Shown here in pieces: positions 18,818 through 30,836 of a stretch of DNA of 64,000 nucleotides. The position numbers and the translations under genes are program-made. The stretch is from Oscillospiraceae bacterium (lineage in GTDB: Bacteria; Bacillota; Clostridia; Oscillospirales; Oscillospiraceae), in the NCBI GenBank assembly GCA_015067495.1, contig SVMI01000005.1, forward strand, positions 41,599 through 105,598, written 5' to 3'. Every line of letters starts with the position of its first letter. Position 1 is the first letter of the stretch. The notes under the pieces were generated by a model. It had not been told where the DNA came from. It searched no databases and worked only from the letters and a program-made list of their open reading frames with translations.

Positions 18818-19707
18818 ATGTAAATGTCACCGGTCCTTTTATCTATTTTGAGATCCCGATTTTTGGTGGCATTCCGATCACGCAGACGACGATCTCGTCG
18901 CTTGTTGTGACGATCCTTCTCTGCTTTGCCTGTGTTCTGCTTGGACGGGACATCAAAAAACGCCCCGGTAAGATGCAGGTGTTGGTGGAGAAGGGGATCG
19001 GCATGATGCACGGCATGGTCATCGACACCATGGGCGCGCATAATGCCCATTGGACACCGTTTATCATCACGCTCTTTTTAAGCAGCATTTGCGGAAGCCT
19101 GATCGGTTTGACCGGTTTTCTGCGTTCTTCGACCGCAGACCTCAGCACGACGCTGACATGGTCTGTAATGGTCAGCGTTCTGATCTGGTACAATAATATC
19201 AAAAGCAACGGCTTTGTCGGCTGGCTCAAGGGCTTTACCGAGCCGGTGGTGGTGATGACTCCTATGAACATCATCTCTGAGATCGCTCAGCCGATATCTA
19301 TGGCGTTCCGTCACTTCGGAAATGTCGCCGGCGGCGGTGTGATCACCAGTATCCTTTACGCGGCGCTTGCGATGGTATCGTCTCTTGTGCTTAATGCGAT
19401 TGCGTCGGTGGGCTGGCTGACGAGCGTCGGACTGATTCTCATCGGCATCGGTCTTTGGATCATTTTCAGGAAACAGAAGAAGATTCTGCTGAAGATTATT
19501 GCGATCCTTTCCTTCGTGCTGGGAGTCTTCGGACTGCTGCAGGCGACGGGGATCCTTTCCGGCGTGCCGCTGTTGGCATTTGGCATTCCCGCTGCGCTTT
19601 CGTTGTACTTTGATCTGTTTTCCGGATTCGTGCAAGCATTGGTATTCAGCCTGTTGAGCATGGTGTATATCGCATCTTCCTGTCCGGCTCCGGAAGAAAA
19701 CAACTGA
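18814..19707 (+). CDS. atpB: ATP synthase Fo subunit a
   Basis: RSSTADL, FRHFGN (essential Arg), YFDLFSGFVQA. Confidence 0.93.
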   Translation: MNVNVTGPFIYFEIPIFGGIPITQTTISSLVVTILLCFACVLLGRDIKKRPGKMQVLVEKGIGMMHGMVIDTMGAHNAHWTPFIITLFLSSICGSLIGLTGFLRSSTADLSTTLTWSVMVSVLIWYNNIKSNGFVGWLKGFTEPVVVMTPMNIISEIAQPISMAFRHFGNVAGGGVITSILYAALAMVSSLVLNAIASVGWLTSVGLILIGIGLWIIFRKQKKILLKIIAILSFVLGVFGLLQATGILSGVPLLAFGIPAALSLYFDLFSGFVQALVFSLLSMVYIASSCPAPEENN

Positions 19708-19732
19708 TTTAATCAACCATAAATTCATATAA

Positions 19733-20017
<285 letters not shown>

Positions 20018-20058
20018 TCGCGCATCATCTCTTACTTTGTTAGAAAGGAGCGAAGCAA

Positions 20059-20559
20059 ATGTTTGAATCTTTTATCGGCGTCAATTTCTGGACGGCGCTG
20101 TTTGTTTTGCTCAATACCCTTGCGCTGTTTTTTGTGATGAAGCACTATCTGTACGGCCCGATTATGGAGATGATCGAAGCCCGTCAGAAAGAGATCGACG
20201 ATATGTATGCCGAGGCAGACTCTGCCCGCACAGAAGCCCACGCCATGGAAGATGAGTACAAGCAGAAGCTGTCTGTGGCGGTGGAGACCGGCGAGCGGAT
20301 CGTCAAGGATGCCACCGTCCGCGCCCACGAGCGTGAGGAGGAGATCCTGCGCCATGCCAACGCAGAGGCGGATGCCATCCGCGATAAGGCTTCTGCCGAC
20401 ATCGCCCGGGAAAAGAAGAAGGCGATCAATGAGGCGAAGGACGAGATCTCTGTCATCGCCGTTGCCATCGCGCAGAAGGTTGTGGGTCGTGAGATCAAGG
20501 AAAGCGACCATGCCGCCTTGGTGGACAGCTTCATCGACGGATTGGGTGATGAAGCATGA
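20059..20559 (+). CDS. atpF: ATP synthase Fo subunit b
   Basis: N-terminal TM helix, LYGPI, long coiled coil. Confidence 0.93.
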   Translation: MFESFIGVNFWTALFVLLNTLALFFVMKHYLYGPIMEMIEARQKEIDDMYAEADSARTEAHAMEDEYKQKLSVAVETGERIVKDATVRAHEREEEILRHANAEADAIRDKASADIAREKKKAINEAKDEISVIAVAIAQKVVGREIKESDHAALVDSFIDGLGDEA

Positions 20560-21095
20560 CGGAAATCGGTAGTGTCTACGGCAACGCCCTTTATGAGCTG
20601 GCGGTTTCCGAGGAGCTTTCTGCCGAGATCCTCGCTCAGCTGACGGTTCTGCAGGAGAGCTTTTTGCAGGAGCCGGCTTTTTTGAAGCTGCTGAGTGTGC
20701 GCAATCTATCCAAGGCGGAGCAATGCAAGATCATCTCCGACAGCTTTGACGGCAAGATTCATCCATACGTGGTGAATTTTCTGAAGATCCTGACGGAAAA
20801 GGGCTACATCCGCCGCTTTGCGGATTGCGTTGCGGCTTATCGCGCCTGCTACAATGAGGATTACAACATCCTGCCTGTCACGGCGGTTACGGCTGTGGCA
20901 CTCAGTGCTGAGCAGACCGCGCGTTTGAAAGAAAAACTGGAATCCATCACGGGAAAGTCAGTGGAGCTGACCAACCGGGTGGATCCCGACTGTCTGGGCG
21001 GTGTGCGTCTGGATCTGGAGGGCAAGTGCTTGGACGATACCGTCGCCCACCGACTGGAATCGGTCAGGCAGCTGCTCAAAAACACTGTACTCTGA
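20556..21095 (+). CDS. atpH: ATP synthase F1 subunit delta
   Basis: [18 protein letters not shown]. Confidence 0.93.
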   Translation: MTEIGSVYGNALYELAVSEELSAEILAQLTVLQESFLQEPAFLKLLSVRNLSKAEQCKIISDSFDGKIHPYVVNFLKILTEKGYIRRFADCVAAYRACYNEDYNILPVTAVTAVALSAEQTARLKEKLESITGKSVELTNRVDPDCLGGVRLDLEGKCLDDTVAHRLESVRQLLKNTVL

Positions 21096-21114
21096 TGTAG
21101 AAAGCAGGGACTGT

Positions 21115-22629
21115 ATGGAATTAAGACCTGAAGAGATTACGAAGATCATTCGTAGTCAGATCAAAAATTACGAAAACAAGCTGGAGCAGAGCCAGACGGG
21201 TGTTGTTATCCTCGTGGGTGACGGCATCGCGAAGGTCTCCGGGCTGGACGAGTGCATGGCAGGCGAGCTGGTGGAATTTCCGGGCGGTGCTTACGGCATG
21301 GCACAGAATCTGGAGGAGGACACCGTTTCTCTGGTCATTCTCGGCTCCGATAACGGCATTAAGGAAGGCGACACCGTCAAGCGTACCGGCAAGGTGGTGT
21401 CTGTTCCCGTGGGTGCATCCCTCATCGGCCGCGTGGTCAACGCGCTGGGCGAGCCGGTGGACGGTAAGGGCTTGATCGAGCCGGAAGCTTACCGCCCCAT
21501 CGAAATGCCCGCGCCCGGTATTATCGACCGCCAGCACGTCAGCAGACCCTTGCAGACGGGCATCAAGGCGATCGACTCCATGATCCCCATCGGTCGCGGT
21601 CAGCGTGAGCTGATCATCGGTGACCGCCAGACGGGCAAGACCACCATTGCCACCGATACGATCCTGAACCAGAAGGGCAAGAATGTGATCTGCATTTATG
21701 TCGCCATCGGTCAGAAGCGTTCGACGGTTGCGCAGGTAGTGGAAAGCCTAACCCTCGCCGGTGCGATGGATTACACCGTAGTGGTTTCCGCAACCGCGTC
21801 GGAGCTTGCGCCGATGCAGTATATCGCTCCCTATACCGGCTGCTCCATCGGTGAGCATTTTATGCATCAGGGCAAGGATGTTCTGGTGATCTACGACGAT
21901 CTGAGCAAGCACGCGGTGGCGTATCGCGCGATCTCTCTGCTGATCCGCCGTCCCCCCGGACGGGAAGCCTATCCCGGTGACGTTTTCTATCTGCACTCCA
22001 GACTGCTGGAGCGCGCGGCGCAGCTGTCCGACAAGCTGGGCGGCGGCAGCCTGACGGCACTTCCTATCATCGAGACTCAGGCGGGCGACGTTTCTGCCTA
22101 TATCCCCACCAACGTCATTTCCATCACGGACGGTCAGATCTTCCTCGAGACGGAGCTCTATAACGCCGGCATTATGCCTGCAGTCAACCCGGGCATTTCC
22201 GTGTCCCGTGTGGGCGGCGATGCCCAGATCAAGGCGATGAAGAAGGTATCCGGCTCGCTGAAGCTGCTGTATTCCCAGTACCGCGAGCTGCAGAGCTTTG
22301 CCCAGTTCGGCTCGGATCTGGACGCAGACACCAAGCAGCGCCTTGCGCTGGGTGAGCGCATCGTGGCGGTGCTGAAGCAGAAGAATCAGTCCCCCGTGGA
22401 GGTCGCCCATCAGGTGTGCATCCTCTATGCGGTCACCAAGGGTTACCTGAAGGATGTCCCGGTGGAGAAGATCCCGGAATTTGAAAAGCAGCTGGCGGAG
22501 TTTATGGACAACCGCTATGAATCGACGCTGGCGGCGATCCGCACCACCGGCAAGCTGGAGCCGGAAACGGAAGAGACCCTGAAAACAGCACTCACACAGC
22601 TGTTGGCGGACTTTTTAGCACCCGTTTAA
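21115..22629 (+). CDS. atpA: ATP synthase F1 subunit alpha
   Basis: MELRPEEI start, [18 protein letters not shown]. Confidence 0.97.
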   Translation: MELRPEEITKIIRSQIKNYENKLEQSQTGVVILVGDGIAKVSGLDECMAGELVEFPGGAYGMAQNLEEDTVSLVILGSDNGIKEGDTVKRTGKVVSVPVGASLIGRVVNALGEPVDGKGLIEPEAYRPIEMPAPGIIDRQHVSRPLQTGIKAIDSMIPIGRGQRELIIGDRQTGKTTIATDTILNQKGKNVICIYVAIGQKRSTVAQVVESLTLAGAMDYTVVVSATASELAPMQYIAPYTGCSIGEHFMHQGKDVLVIYDDLSKHAVAYRAISLLIRRPPGREAYPGDVFYLHSRLLERAAQLSDKLGGGSLTALPIIETQAGDVSAYIPTNVISITDGQIFLETELYNAGIMPAVNPGISVSRVGGDAQIKAMKKVSGSLKLLYSQYRELQSFAQFGSDLDADTKQRLALGERIVAVLKQKNQSPVEVAHQVCILYAVTKGYLKDVPVEKIPEFEKQLAEFMDNRYESTLAAIRTTGKLEPETEETLKTALTQLLADFLAPV

Positions 22630-22644
22630 GGAAGGAGGTATCCC

Positions 22645-23478
22645 ATGGCCACTGTTTCCACCAAGGAAATCAGAAGCCGCATCCGCAGCATGGAATCCAC
22701 GAAGCAGATCACCAAGGCCATGGAGATGGTTGCTTCCTCCAAGCTGCGTCAGGCACAATCCCGTGCGCTGGCGGCAAGACCTTATTTTGAAGCGCTGCTG
22801 GCTACCATCCGCAATATTGCGGCGGTCAGCACCGAAACAGAGCTGCCTTATCTGACGGTCAGACCCGTCAAGCGCAGTGCCGTGATCGTCATTGCCGGTG
22901 ACCGCGGTCTCGCAGGCGGCTATAACAGCAACATTCTGAAGCTGGCGCAGACCCAATGCGACGGCAGGGACGTGCTGATCGTACCCATCGGCAAAAAGGC
23001 GGTGGACTATTTCAAGGCAAGACAGCCCGTCTACACCGAGCAGTACGCCGAAGCAGGGGAGATGACGGTGGGCGATTGCTTCTCCGTCGCCAAGCAGCTG
23101 GCGAAGGAATTTTGTGACGGAAGGATCGATGAGATCCTGTTGTGCTACACGAAATTTGTGTCGGTTCTGTCCCAGATGCCGGACGTGCAGCAGCTTTTGC
23201 CGCTGAAGCAGGAAAGTGCTGCGCCGGGCGGTCAGGAGATCCTCTACGAGCCGGATGCACAGACGGTGCTGGAAAAGATCGTGCCTGAATATCTGGGCGG
23301 CGCACTTTACGGCGCACTCTGTGAAAGCCGCGCGGCAGAGCATGCGGCACGCCGCACTGCCATGAACGCAGCGACCCAGAATGCCGAGGACATGATCGAG
23401 GATCTGAGCCTGAAGTTCAATCAGGCACGTCAGGCTGCCATCACGCAGGAGATCACCGAGATCGTCGCAGGCTCGTAA
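22645..23478 (+). CDS. atpG: ATP synthase F1 subunit gamma
   Basis: QITKAMEMVA, DRGLAGGYN, RQAAITQEITEIV. Confidence 0.96.
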   Translation: MATVSTKEIRSRIRSMESTKQITKAMEMVASSKLRQAQSRALAARPYFEALLATIRNIAAVSTETELPYLTVRPVKRSAVIVIAGDRGLAGGYNSNILKLAQTQCDGRDVLIVPIGKKAVDYFKARQPVYTEQYAEAGEMTVGDCFSVAKQLAKEFCDGRIDEILLCYTKFVSVLSQMPDVQQLLPLKQESAAPGGQEILYEPDAQTVLEKIVPEYLGGALYGALCESRAAEHAARRTAMNAATQNAEDMIEDLSLKFNQARQAAITQEITEIVAGS

Positions 23479-23495
23479 ATATGAGTAAGGAGTGA

Positions 23496-25303
<1,808 letters not shown>

Positions 25304-25346
25304 AAAAATGCCTGTTGCAGAAGCAACAGGCATTTGTGTTTGGGAG

Positions 25347-26192
25347 TTACACGCCGGAGTAGGCTGCGAAGCCTGCGTCCACAGGCAGAACCACGCCGGT
25401 AATGGCGGAAGCTGCCTTGTCGTCACACAGGAACAGGGTCGCACCCAGCAGCTCGTCAGCATCGACGAAGCGGCCGGTGGGCGTGCCGTTCAGGATCTTG
25501 GCGGAGCGGGCAGTGGGAGTGCCGTCATCATTGAACAGCAGAGCCTTGTTCTGGGCGGAGACCAAGAAGCCGGGGGCAATGGCGTTGCAGCGGATGCCGG
25601 TACCGGCAAAGTGGGTAGCCAGCCACTGGGTGAAGTTGGAGATGCCTGCCTTGGCTGCGGAGTAGGCGGGGATCTTGGTCAGGGGCGTATAGGCGTTCAT
25701 GGAGGAGATGTTCAGAATGCAGCCGTGCTTCTTTGCGACCATATCCTTGGCGAATACCTGTGTGGGCAGCAGTGTACCCTGGAAGTTGAGCTTGAAGACG
25801 AAGTCAACGCCGCTTGCTTCCAGATCGAAGAAGGACTTGCCGCCCTCCTTGGCTTCGTGCTGATACTCATTGTCGGTGGTGGCACGGGGATTGTTGCCGC
25901 CGGCACCGTTGACAAGAATGTCGCAGGGACCCAGATCAGCGAGAACTGCCTGATGGACAGCCTCCAGAGCTTCAGGATCCAGAACGTTAGCCTTGTAGCC
26001 TTCGCAGACGAAGCCTGCTGCCTTCAGCTCGTTTGCCAGAGCCTTGACAGCATCCTCGTTCAGGTCGAGGGCAGCGACCTTTGCGCCGCTCTGTGCGAAT
26101 GCACGTGCCATCGCGCCGCAGATTAGACCGCCTGCGCCGGTGACGACAACGACCTTGCCGGAATAGTCAATGTTCAAAGGAAGATTTGCCAT
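25347..26192 (-). CDS. SDR family oxidoreductase, D-mannonate oxidoreductase (UxuB-like)
   Basis: TGAGGLIC, NGAGGNNP, YSAAK catalytic motif, PLTKIP. Confidence 0.8.
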   Translation of the reverse strand: MANLPLNIDYSGKVVVVTGAGGLICGAMARAFAQSGAKVAALDLNEDAVKALANELKAAGFVCEGYKANVLDPEALEAVHQAVLADLGPCDILVNGAGGNNPRATTDNEYQHEAKEGGKSFFDLEASGVDFVFKLNFQGTLLPTQVFAKDMVAKKHGCILNISSMNAYTPLTKIPAYSAAKAGISNFTQWLATHFAGTGIRCNAIAPGFLVSAQNKALLFNDDGTPTARSAKILNGTPTGRFVDADELLGATLFLCDDKAASAITGVVLPVDAGFAAYSGV

Positions 26193-26366
26193 GGTAAATT
26201 ACCTCCAATAAAGAAATTCATTTGTATTGCCGGGAAAGCCCGAACACATTCATTATAGCGCAGCAGCGCGTCTTTTGCAATATCTGAAAGAAAAAAACAT
26301 TTCCGTACTTGCGCCGGAGTGCATTGTCCGCTATAATGTGCAGTAGAAAAATATGAGGAGAACGAT

Positions 26367-26855
26367 ATGAAGAAGCTATTATCCTTACTGCTTGCGCTGG
26401 CGTTGGTGCTGAGCCTCAGCAGCTGCGCGTTTACGGACAGCATACCGACCATACCGTCCACAGATCCGATCGTCACAACAGACCCGGCGCAGAGCCTTCC
26501 CACCCTAGACCCGGACGGGACGTATGACACAAAGGAGGAGGTCGCACTTTACATCCATTTGTACGGCAGGCTTCCCTCCAACTTCATGACAAAAAGTGAA
26601 GCCCGAAAGCAGGGGTGGAACGGCAGCGGCGCGTTGAGCAATACTCTGCCCGGCAAATGCATCGGCGGTGACGTTTTTCAAAACCGGGAAGGTCTTCTGC
26701 CCAAAAAGGCGGGGCGCACATGGCAGGAATGCGACATCGGTACACTTTCCTCCAGCAGCCGGGGCGCAAGACGCATCGTCTTTTCCAACGACGGCTTGGT
26801 CTATTACACGAAAGACCACTATAAAAGCTTTGAATTACTATACGGAGAACCGTAA
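26367..26855 (+). CDS. Barnase-like guanyl-specific ribonuclease, lipoprotein
   Basis: Lipobox LSSC; GGDVFQNREGLLP, WQECDI (catalytic Glu), RIVFSNDG, DHY (catalytic His). Confidence 0.88.
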   Translation: MKKLLSLLLALALVLSLSSCAFTDSIPTIPSTDPIVTTDPAQSLPTLDPDGTYDTKEEVALYIHLYGRLPSNFMTKSEARKQGWNGSGALSNTLPGKCIGGDVFQNREGLLPKKAGRTWQECDIGTLSSSSRGARRIVFSNDGLVYYTKDHYKSFELLYGEP

Positions 26856-26887
26856 AAAGAGCCTGCCGCACGGCAGGCTCTTATCCT

Positions 26888-27805
26888 TTATACTTTTATG
26901 GTGACAGCATTGCTGCGAATCAGGTCGATGGCTTTATGCAGGCAGGTGACCTCCAGATTTGCTCCTGCGGGTCCCATTTCGCCGTCGAGCGTCCAGCGAA
27001 GCTCCTCCGGCGCGGTGATGCGAAAGCTTTTTCCCTTGCGGAAGGTCAGAATATTGCAGTCATAGGTCTGGCGCTGGATGGCACGGACGCAATCTGCAAG
27101 CTCAATCAGATCCTTGGGCATACGGATCAGCAGAAGCTCGAAAATGCCGTCGGAAAGGTCAACCGCATTGTCTGCCAATGTCAGAATGCCGCCGACACTG
27201 GTGGAGTTGGTGATCGCGCCGAAGAGGAAGGAATCCTCAATCACTGTGCCGTCGTCCAGCTCAAAGCGCAGCTGGTGCGTGCGAAGCTGGGAAAGCTCCT
27301 GAATGCCGTTGAGGACATAGGCGGCATGACCCAGCAGGTTCTTGACACTCTGGGGCGTGGTATAGCTGGTCTTTGTGAACGCGCCGAAGGATGCGACATA
27401 GGAAAAATAACGCTCACCGAAAAGACCGACGTCCAGTGAAAAGGTGTTGCCGTTGACGATGTCCTTGGCTGCCTGCCGCAAATCGGAGGAGAGGCGAAGA
27501 CTTGCAGCAAAATCGTTGGTCGAGCCGGCGGGGATGTAGCCGATGGGCAGCTTTTTCCCGCTTCTCATGACGCCGGATGCGGCTTCGTTGAAGGTACCGT
27601 CACCGCCGCAGCATACGATAAGATCCACCTGATCCGCATAGCGGGTGACGGCGCGTTCACAATCGCCCTGTGCGGCGGTCAGATAAGTCAGAACGCGGTA
27701 ATCAGCCCGGTTGAAAACGTCGATAATGTCAGCCAGTCCCTTCTGTGCCTTGCGCTGACCCGCGCAGGGATTGACGACCAAAAGCATGGTTTTGTTGTTA
27801 CTCAT
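26888..27805 (-). CDS. Diacylglycerol kinase family lipid kinase (YegS/DgkB-like)
   Basis: VNPCAG, CGGDGTFNE, PAGSTNDFA, LDGE. Confidence 0.9.
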   Translation of the reverse strand: MSNNKTMLLVVNPCAGQRKAQKGLADIIDVFNRADYRVLTYLTAAQGDCERAVTRYADQVDLIVCCGGDGTFNEAASGVMRSGKKLPIGYIPAGSTNDFAASLRLSSDLRQAAKDIVNGNTFSLDVGLFGERYFSYVASFGAFTKTSYTTPQSVKNLLGHAAYVLNGIQELSQLRTHQLRFELDDGTVIEDSFLFGAITNSTSVGGILTLADNAVDLSDGIFELLLIRMPKDLIELADCVRAIQRQTYDCNILTFRKGKSFRITAPEELRWTLDGEMGPAGANLEVTCLHKAIDLIRSNAVTIKV

Positions 27806-27984
27806 GAAAAATCACCGGATTTCAGAAATGAAGTATAGGGTTTGGCACAAATCCTATATTCAGCATAGCACATTCCCTTCGCAGTTTCCAGTCGAAAGGG
27901 AAAAAATTTAGCGATAATTTACAATTTGGTCACAGTTTGCGGCTGGGACAGTCGTGGAATACCCGGAGAAGGCTCTGCCGCGCA

Positions 27985-29010
27985 TTATAGACGTGCTTTT
28001 AATCTTACGATATCCCGACGGACGGCATCTGCCGTTTCGCCTTCGGTGAAGTTCCACTCTGTTTTGTACATTTCCAGTTCTTCCTCCCGGGCGGCGATCG
28101 CTCCGGCGTAATCCCCCTGAATTTCCAAAATTTGGGCGATGGAGATGATCGGATCTACGTAACGGGGCGGCTTACCCACAGCAAGAGCCTTACGATGCCA
28201 TTGGATCGACTCGTCGTACCGTCCGTCCCGGGCAAGATAGTCCGCGATCGTATCCGGCAAGTTCCAACGCTGGGGATACTGCTGACAAAGTGCTTCCCAA
28301 ATGCGGTAGGCTTGCTCCTTATTGCCCCGATGCCATTCCAAGATACCCCGATACAGAGGAACGCGGAAGGAAGTGTCGATTTTGTCGAAAACAGTCAGCC
28401 ATTTTTTCGCTTCGTCAAAGCGGTAATCGTCGATGAGCTGATCGATGAGCCACATAACGCCGTGCCAATTATCCGGGTTATTTTCCATAAATTCCTCATA
28501 ATAGCGAATGAGCGCAGCATGGTTGGTTTCGCACCAATCCCAACAGCGACCTTTCATCGCCTGAACCAGCAGAGAATGGGCTTCCACCAGATTGGGGTCA
28601 CGACGAAGGGCTTCTATAGCATATTCAGCAGCCTTGCTTCGATGTTCCTGACTGAGCTTTATTTCCATGTCCGCCAAAAGCTCATGGGGGCGACCGTTTT
28701 CCGACTCTCGGCGTGCCTTCTCCAGCAGGAAAAGCCGCTCATTTTCCACCGCGGCAGGGTTCAAGTACCGCTCGTCCCACAGCATATTCTGAATGCGTTC
28801 CATTCGCGTTTCGTCATCCAGAGCAAACAGGGCATCGATGGTCACACCGAAATAAGCCGAAAGCTCCGGCAGCAACGAAATATCCGGCACGGATGTGCCG
28901 CACTCCCATTTACTGATCGCCTGAGCGGTCATGCCGAAATGCTCAGCCATAGCCTCTTGCGTTACGGATTTTTTCAGACGCAGGGCTTTGATTTGATTTC
29001 CAATATTCAT
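27985..29010 (-). CDS. XRE-family HTH regulator with TPR-like C-terminal domain
   Basis: LRLKKSVTQEAMAEHFGMTAQAISKWECG HTH followed by helical TPR-like repeats. Confidence 0.8.
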   Translation of the reverse strand: MNIGNQIKALRLKKSVTQEAMAEHFGMTAQAISKWECGTSVPDISLLPELSAYFGVTIDALFALDDETRMERIQNMLWDERYLNPAAVENERLFLLEKARRESENGRPHELLADMEIKLSQEHRSKAAEYAIEALRRDPNLVEAHSLLVQAMKGRCWDWCETNHAALIRYYEEFMENNPDNWHGVMWLIDQLIDDYRFDEAKKWLTVFDKIDTSFRVPLYRGILEWHRGNKEQAYRIWEALCQQYPQRWNLPDTIADYLARDGRYDESIQWHRKALAVGKPPRYVDPIISIAQILEIQGDYAGAIAAREEELEMYKTEWNFTEGETADAVRRDIVRLKARL

Positions 29011-29132
29011 AGCAAACTCCTTGTGTTTGTATCAGCGCTGTACCCTCATTTTAGCATATCTTTCTCAAATAGCAATGGCGGCGCAGGCGATGGGATGCAA
29101 CTGACAGTTGTGATCCGCTGGAGCGTGTTGCT

Positions 29133-29260
29133 GTGACCCGCTGGAGATTCGTTTGCATCGCCGTCTGGGAATGGACGGCGATTATGGTAGCCACCGGTTT
29201 TTGAACTGGTGGCAGCAGCAGTCCCCCGGACTGCTGCATCTAAATCTTCGAATCTCCCGC
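29133..29260 (-). ncRNA. Four-stem structured element, copy 2 (behind tRNA-Lys)
   Basis: Minus strand GGAGATTCG-AAGAT...GCAGCAGTCCGGGGGACTGCTGC...ACCATA...ATGCAAA-CGAATCTCCAGCGGGTCAC; the last 19 nt (29133-29151) repeat the tRNA-Lys 3' end (29312-29330). Confidence 0.6.
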
Positions 29261-29270
29261 TTGCTCCCTT

Positions 29271-29310
29271 ATGAAAGAAACACCACCCATTAGGGTGGTG
29301 TTTCTTTCAT
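29271..29310 (-). terminator. Terminator hairpin after tRNA-Lys
   Basis: ATGAAAGAAACACCACC..GGTGGTGTTTCTTTCAT inverted repeat. Confidence 0.8.
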
Positions 29311-29385
29311 GGTGACCCGCTGGAGATTCGAACTCCAGACCCATTGCTTAAAAGGCAATTGCTCTGCCAGCTGAGCTAGCGGGTC
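29310..29385 (-). tRNA. tRNA-Lys(TTT)
   Basis: GACCCGC...GCGGGTC-ACCA cloverleaf, anticodon loop CTTTTAA. Confidence 0.96.
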
Positions 29386-29389
29386 GAGT

Positions 29390-29464
29390 TGGCTGGGATG
29401 GCAGGATTTGAACCTACGAATGCCAGAGTCAAAGTCTGGTGCCTTACCGCTTGGCGACATCCCA
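29390..29464 (-). tRNA. tRNA-Gln(TTG)
   Basis: TGGGATG...CATCCCA-GCCA, anticodon loop CTTTGAC; upstream TTGCAT-17-TATAAT promoter. Confidence 0.96.
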
Positions 29465-29562
29465 ATGTGAAGCGCCCGCCTTCGGACACTAGGGTATTAT
29501 AGCATAACTTTTTACGCAATGCAATACCTAATTTTCGTCGCCGGAAAGGAAATCCTCCCCGA

Positions 29563-30729
29563 TCAGTAGCGGGGAGGACGGATATAGCGTTCGTGGCTGC
29601 GTGGTGCGGGACGGGCGTGTACGCCGGAGACGAGACCCAGCATCATATAAGTTGTGATGATGGAGCTGCCGCCGTAGCTGATCAGCGGCAATGTCAGACC
29701 GACGACGGGCATGACGCCAATGCACATGCCGATATTAAGCATTACCTGAAACATCAGCGCCACGGCTGCACCAAAGCAGACCATGCGGCGCATATAATCC
29801 TTGCTCTGCCTGCCCACCCAGATGCAGCGGGCGACGATGGCGATCATCAGAGCCACCACCAGCATACAGCCTACGTAGCCCAGCTCTTCGCCGATGGAGG
29901 AGAAAATGTAGTCCGTATGCTGAGCGAACAGCTGACCGCCTTGGGTGCGGTTGCCGTTGAAAAGACCCTGACCCAGCATACCGCCGCCGGTGAGGGAGTT
30001 CAAACTGGAGGTGGTGTGCCACAGCTCGTCGAGACCTGTGGGGTCGATGACCTCCGGGATGAAAAGCACCAAAATACGGTTTTTCTGTTCCTCTGAGAAG
30101 AACTGCCAAATTATGGGAGAGGCTGCAACGATAAGGGCAATACCGGCGAAGATCCACGCCTTACCCACACCGCCGGCGATGACCATGCCCACGAAGATCG
30201 CCGCAAAAACCAGCGACAGACCGAGGTCATTGGAGATCAGGTAGTTGCCTCCGGCGATCAGAACAAAATGTCCGACCATGTGCAAAACCGATTTGTAATT
30301 GGAAATGCGGTTTTGGTGCGATGCCATGACCGAGGCGGATATGAGGATATAGAAGATCTTGCAGATTTCTGCCGGCTGCACATGGACACCGATGAAGGGG
30401 ATGGGGATCCAGCTTTTGTTGCCGGTGTTGTTGTCTGTGCCAAAGGGGATCAGCAGAAGCAGCAGACCGAAGTTCAGAAAGGTGAAGACTGCCCGATGCT
30501 CAGAATACACGTCTGCATCGATGGAAGACATGACCGCGTACATGAGAACGCCCAGCAGCGTACAGATGATCTGCAGCGGCACGTAACGGGTGTTGACACC
30601 GAATTTGGCAGCGTTAGTGGCACTGGCGACGACGATACATCCGAAGGCGGAGGTGGCAAGGCACAGTGCCAGCAGGACCATATCACCCTTGCGGAAAAAG
30701 CTCTTAAATTCCTGCCATATCTCGCGCAT
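29563..30729 (-). CDS. FtsW/RodA/SpoVE family SEDS protein
   Basis: VQPAEICK, HTDYIFSSIGEELG, GLTLPLISYGGSS; about 10 TM helices. Confidence 0.92.
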   Translation of the reverse strand: MREIWQEFKSFFRKGDMVLLALCLATSAFGCIVVASATNAAKFGVNTRYVPLQIICTLLGVLMYAVMSSIDADVYSEHRAVFTFLNFGLLLLLIPFGTDNNTGNKSWIPIPFIGVHVQPAEICKIFYILISASVMASHQNRISNYKSVLHMVGHFVLIAGGNYLISNDLGLSLVFAAIFVGMVIAGGVGKAWIFAGIALIVAASPIIWQFFSEEQKNRILVLFIPEVIDPTGLDELWHTTSSLNSLTGGGMLGQGLFNGNRTQGGQLFAQHTDYIFSSIGEELGYVGCMLVVALMIAIVARCIWVGRQSKDYMRRMVCFGAAVALMFQVMLNIGMCIGVMPVVGLTLPLISYGGSSIITTYMMLGLVSGVHARPAPRSHERYIRPPRY

Positions 30730-30836
30730 TTTGCCACCACCTTTCTATTTGCCTATTATAGCATCGCTTGTTGAAAAAGTAAATAGACGAAAAAAGAAAG
30801 GGACTGCCGCAGCTGCAGCAGTCCCGAAAAGTTTAC

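Noticed and set aside
27806-29010. XRE-TPR protein as an RRNPP quorum-sensing receptor
   Set aside because: No small secreted-peptide ORF with an RBS was found next to it.
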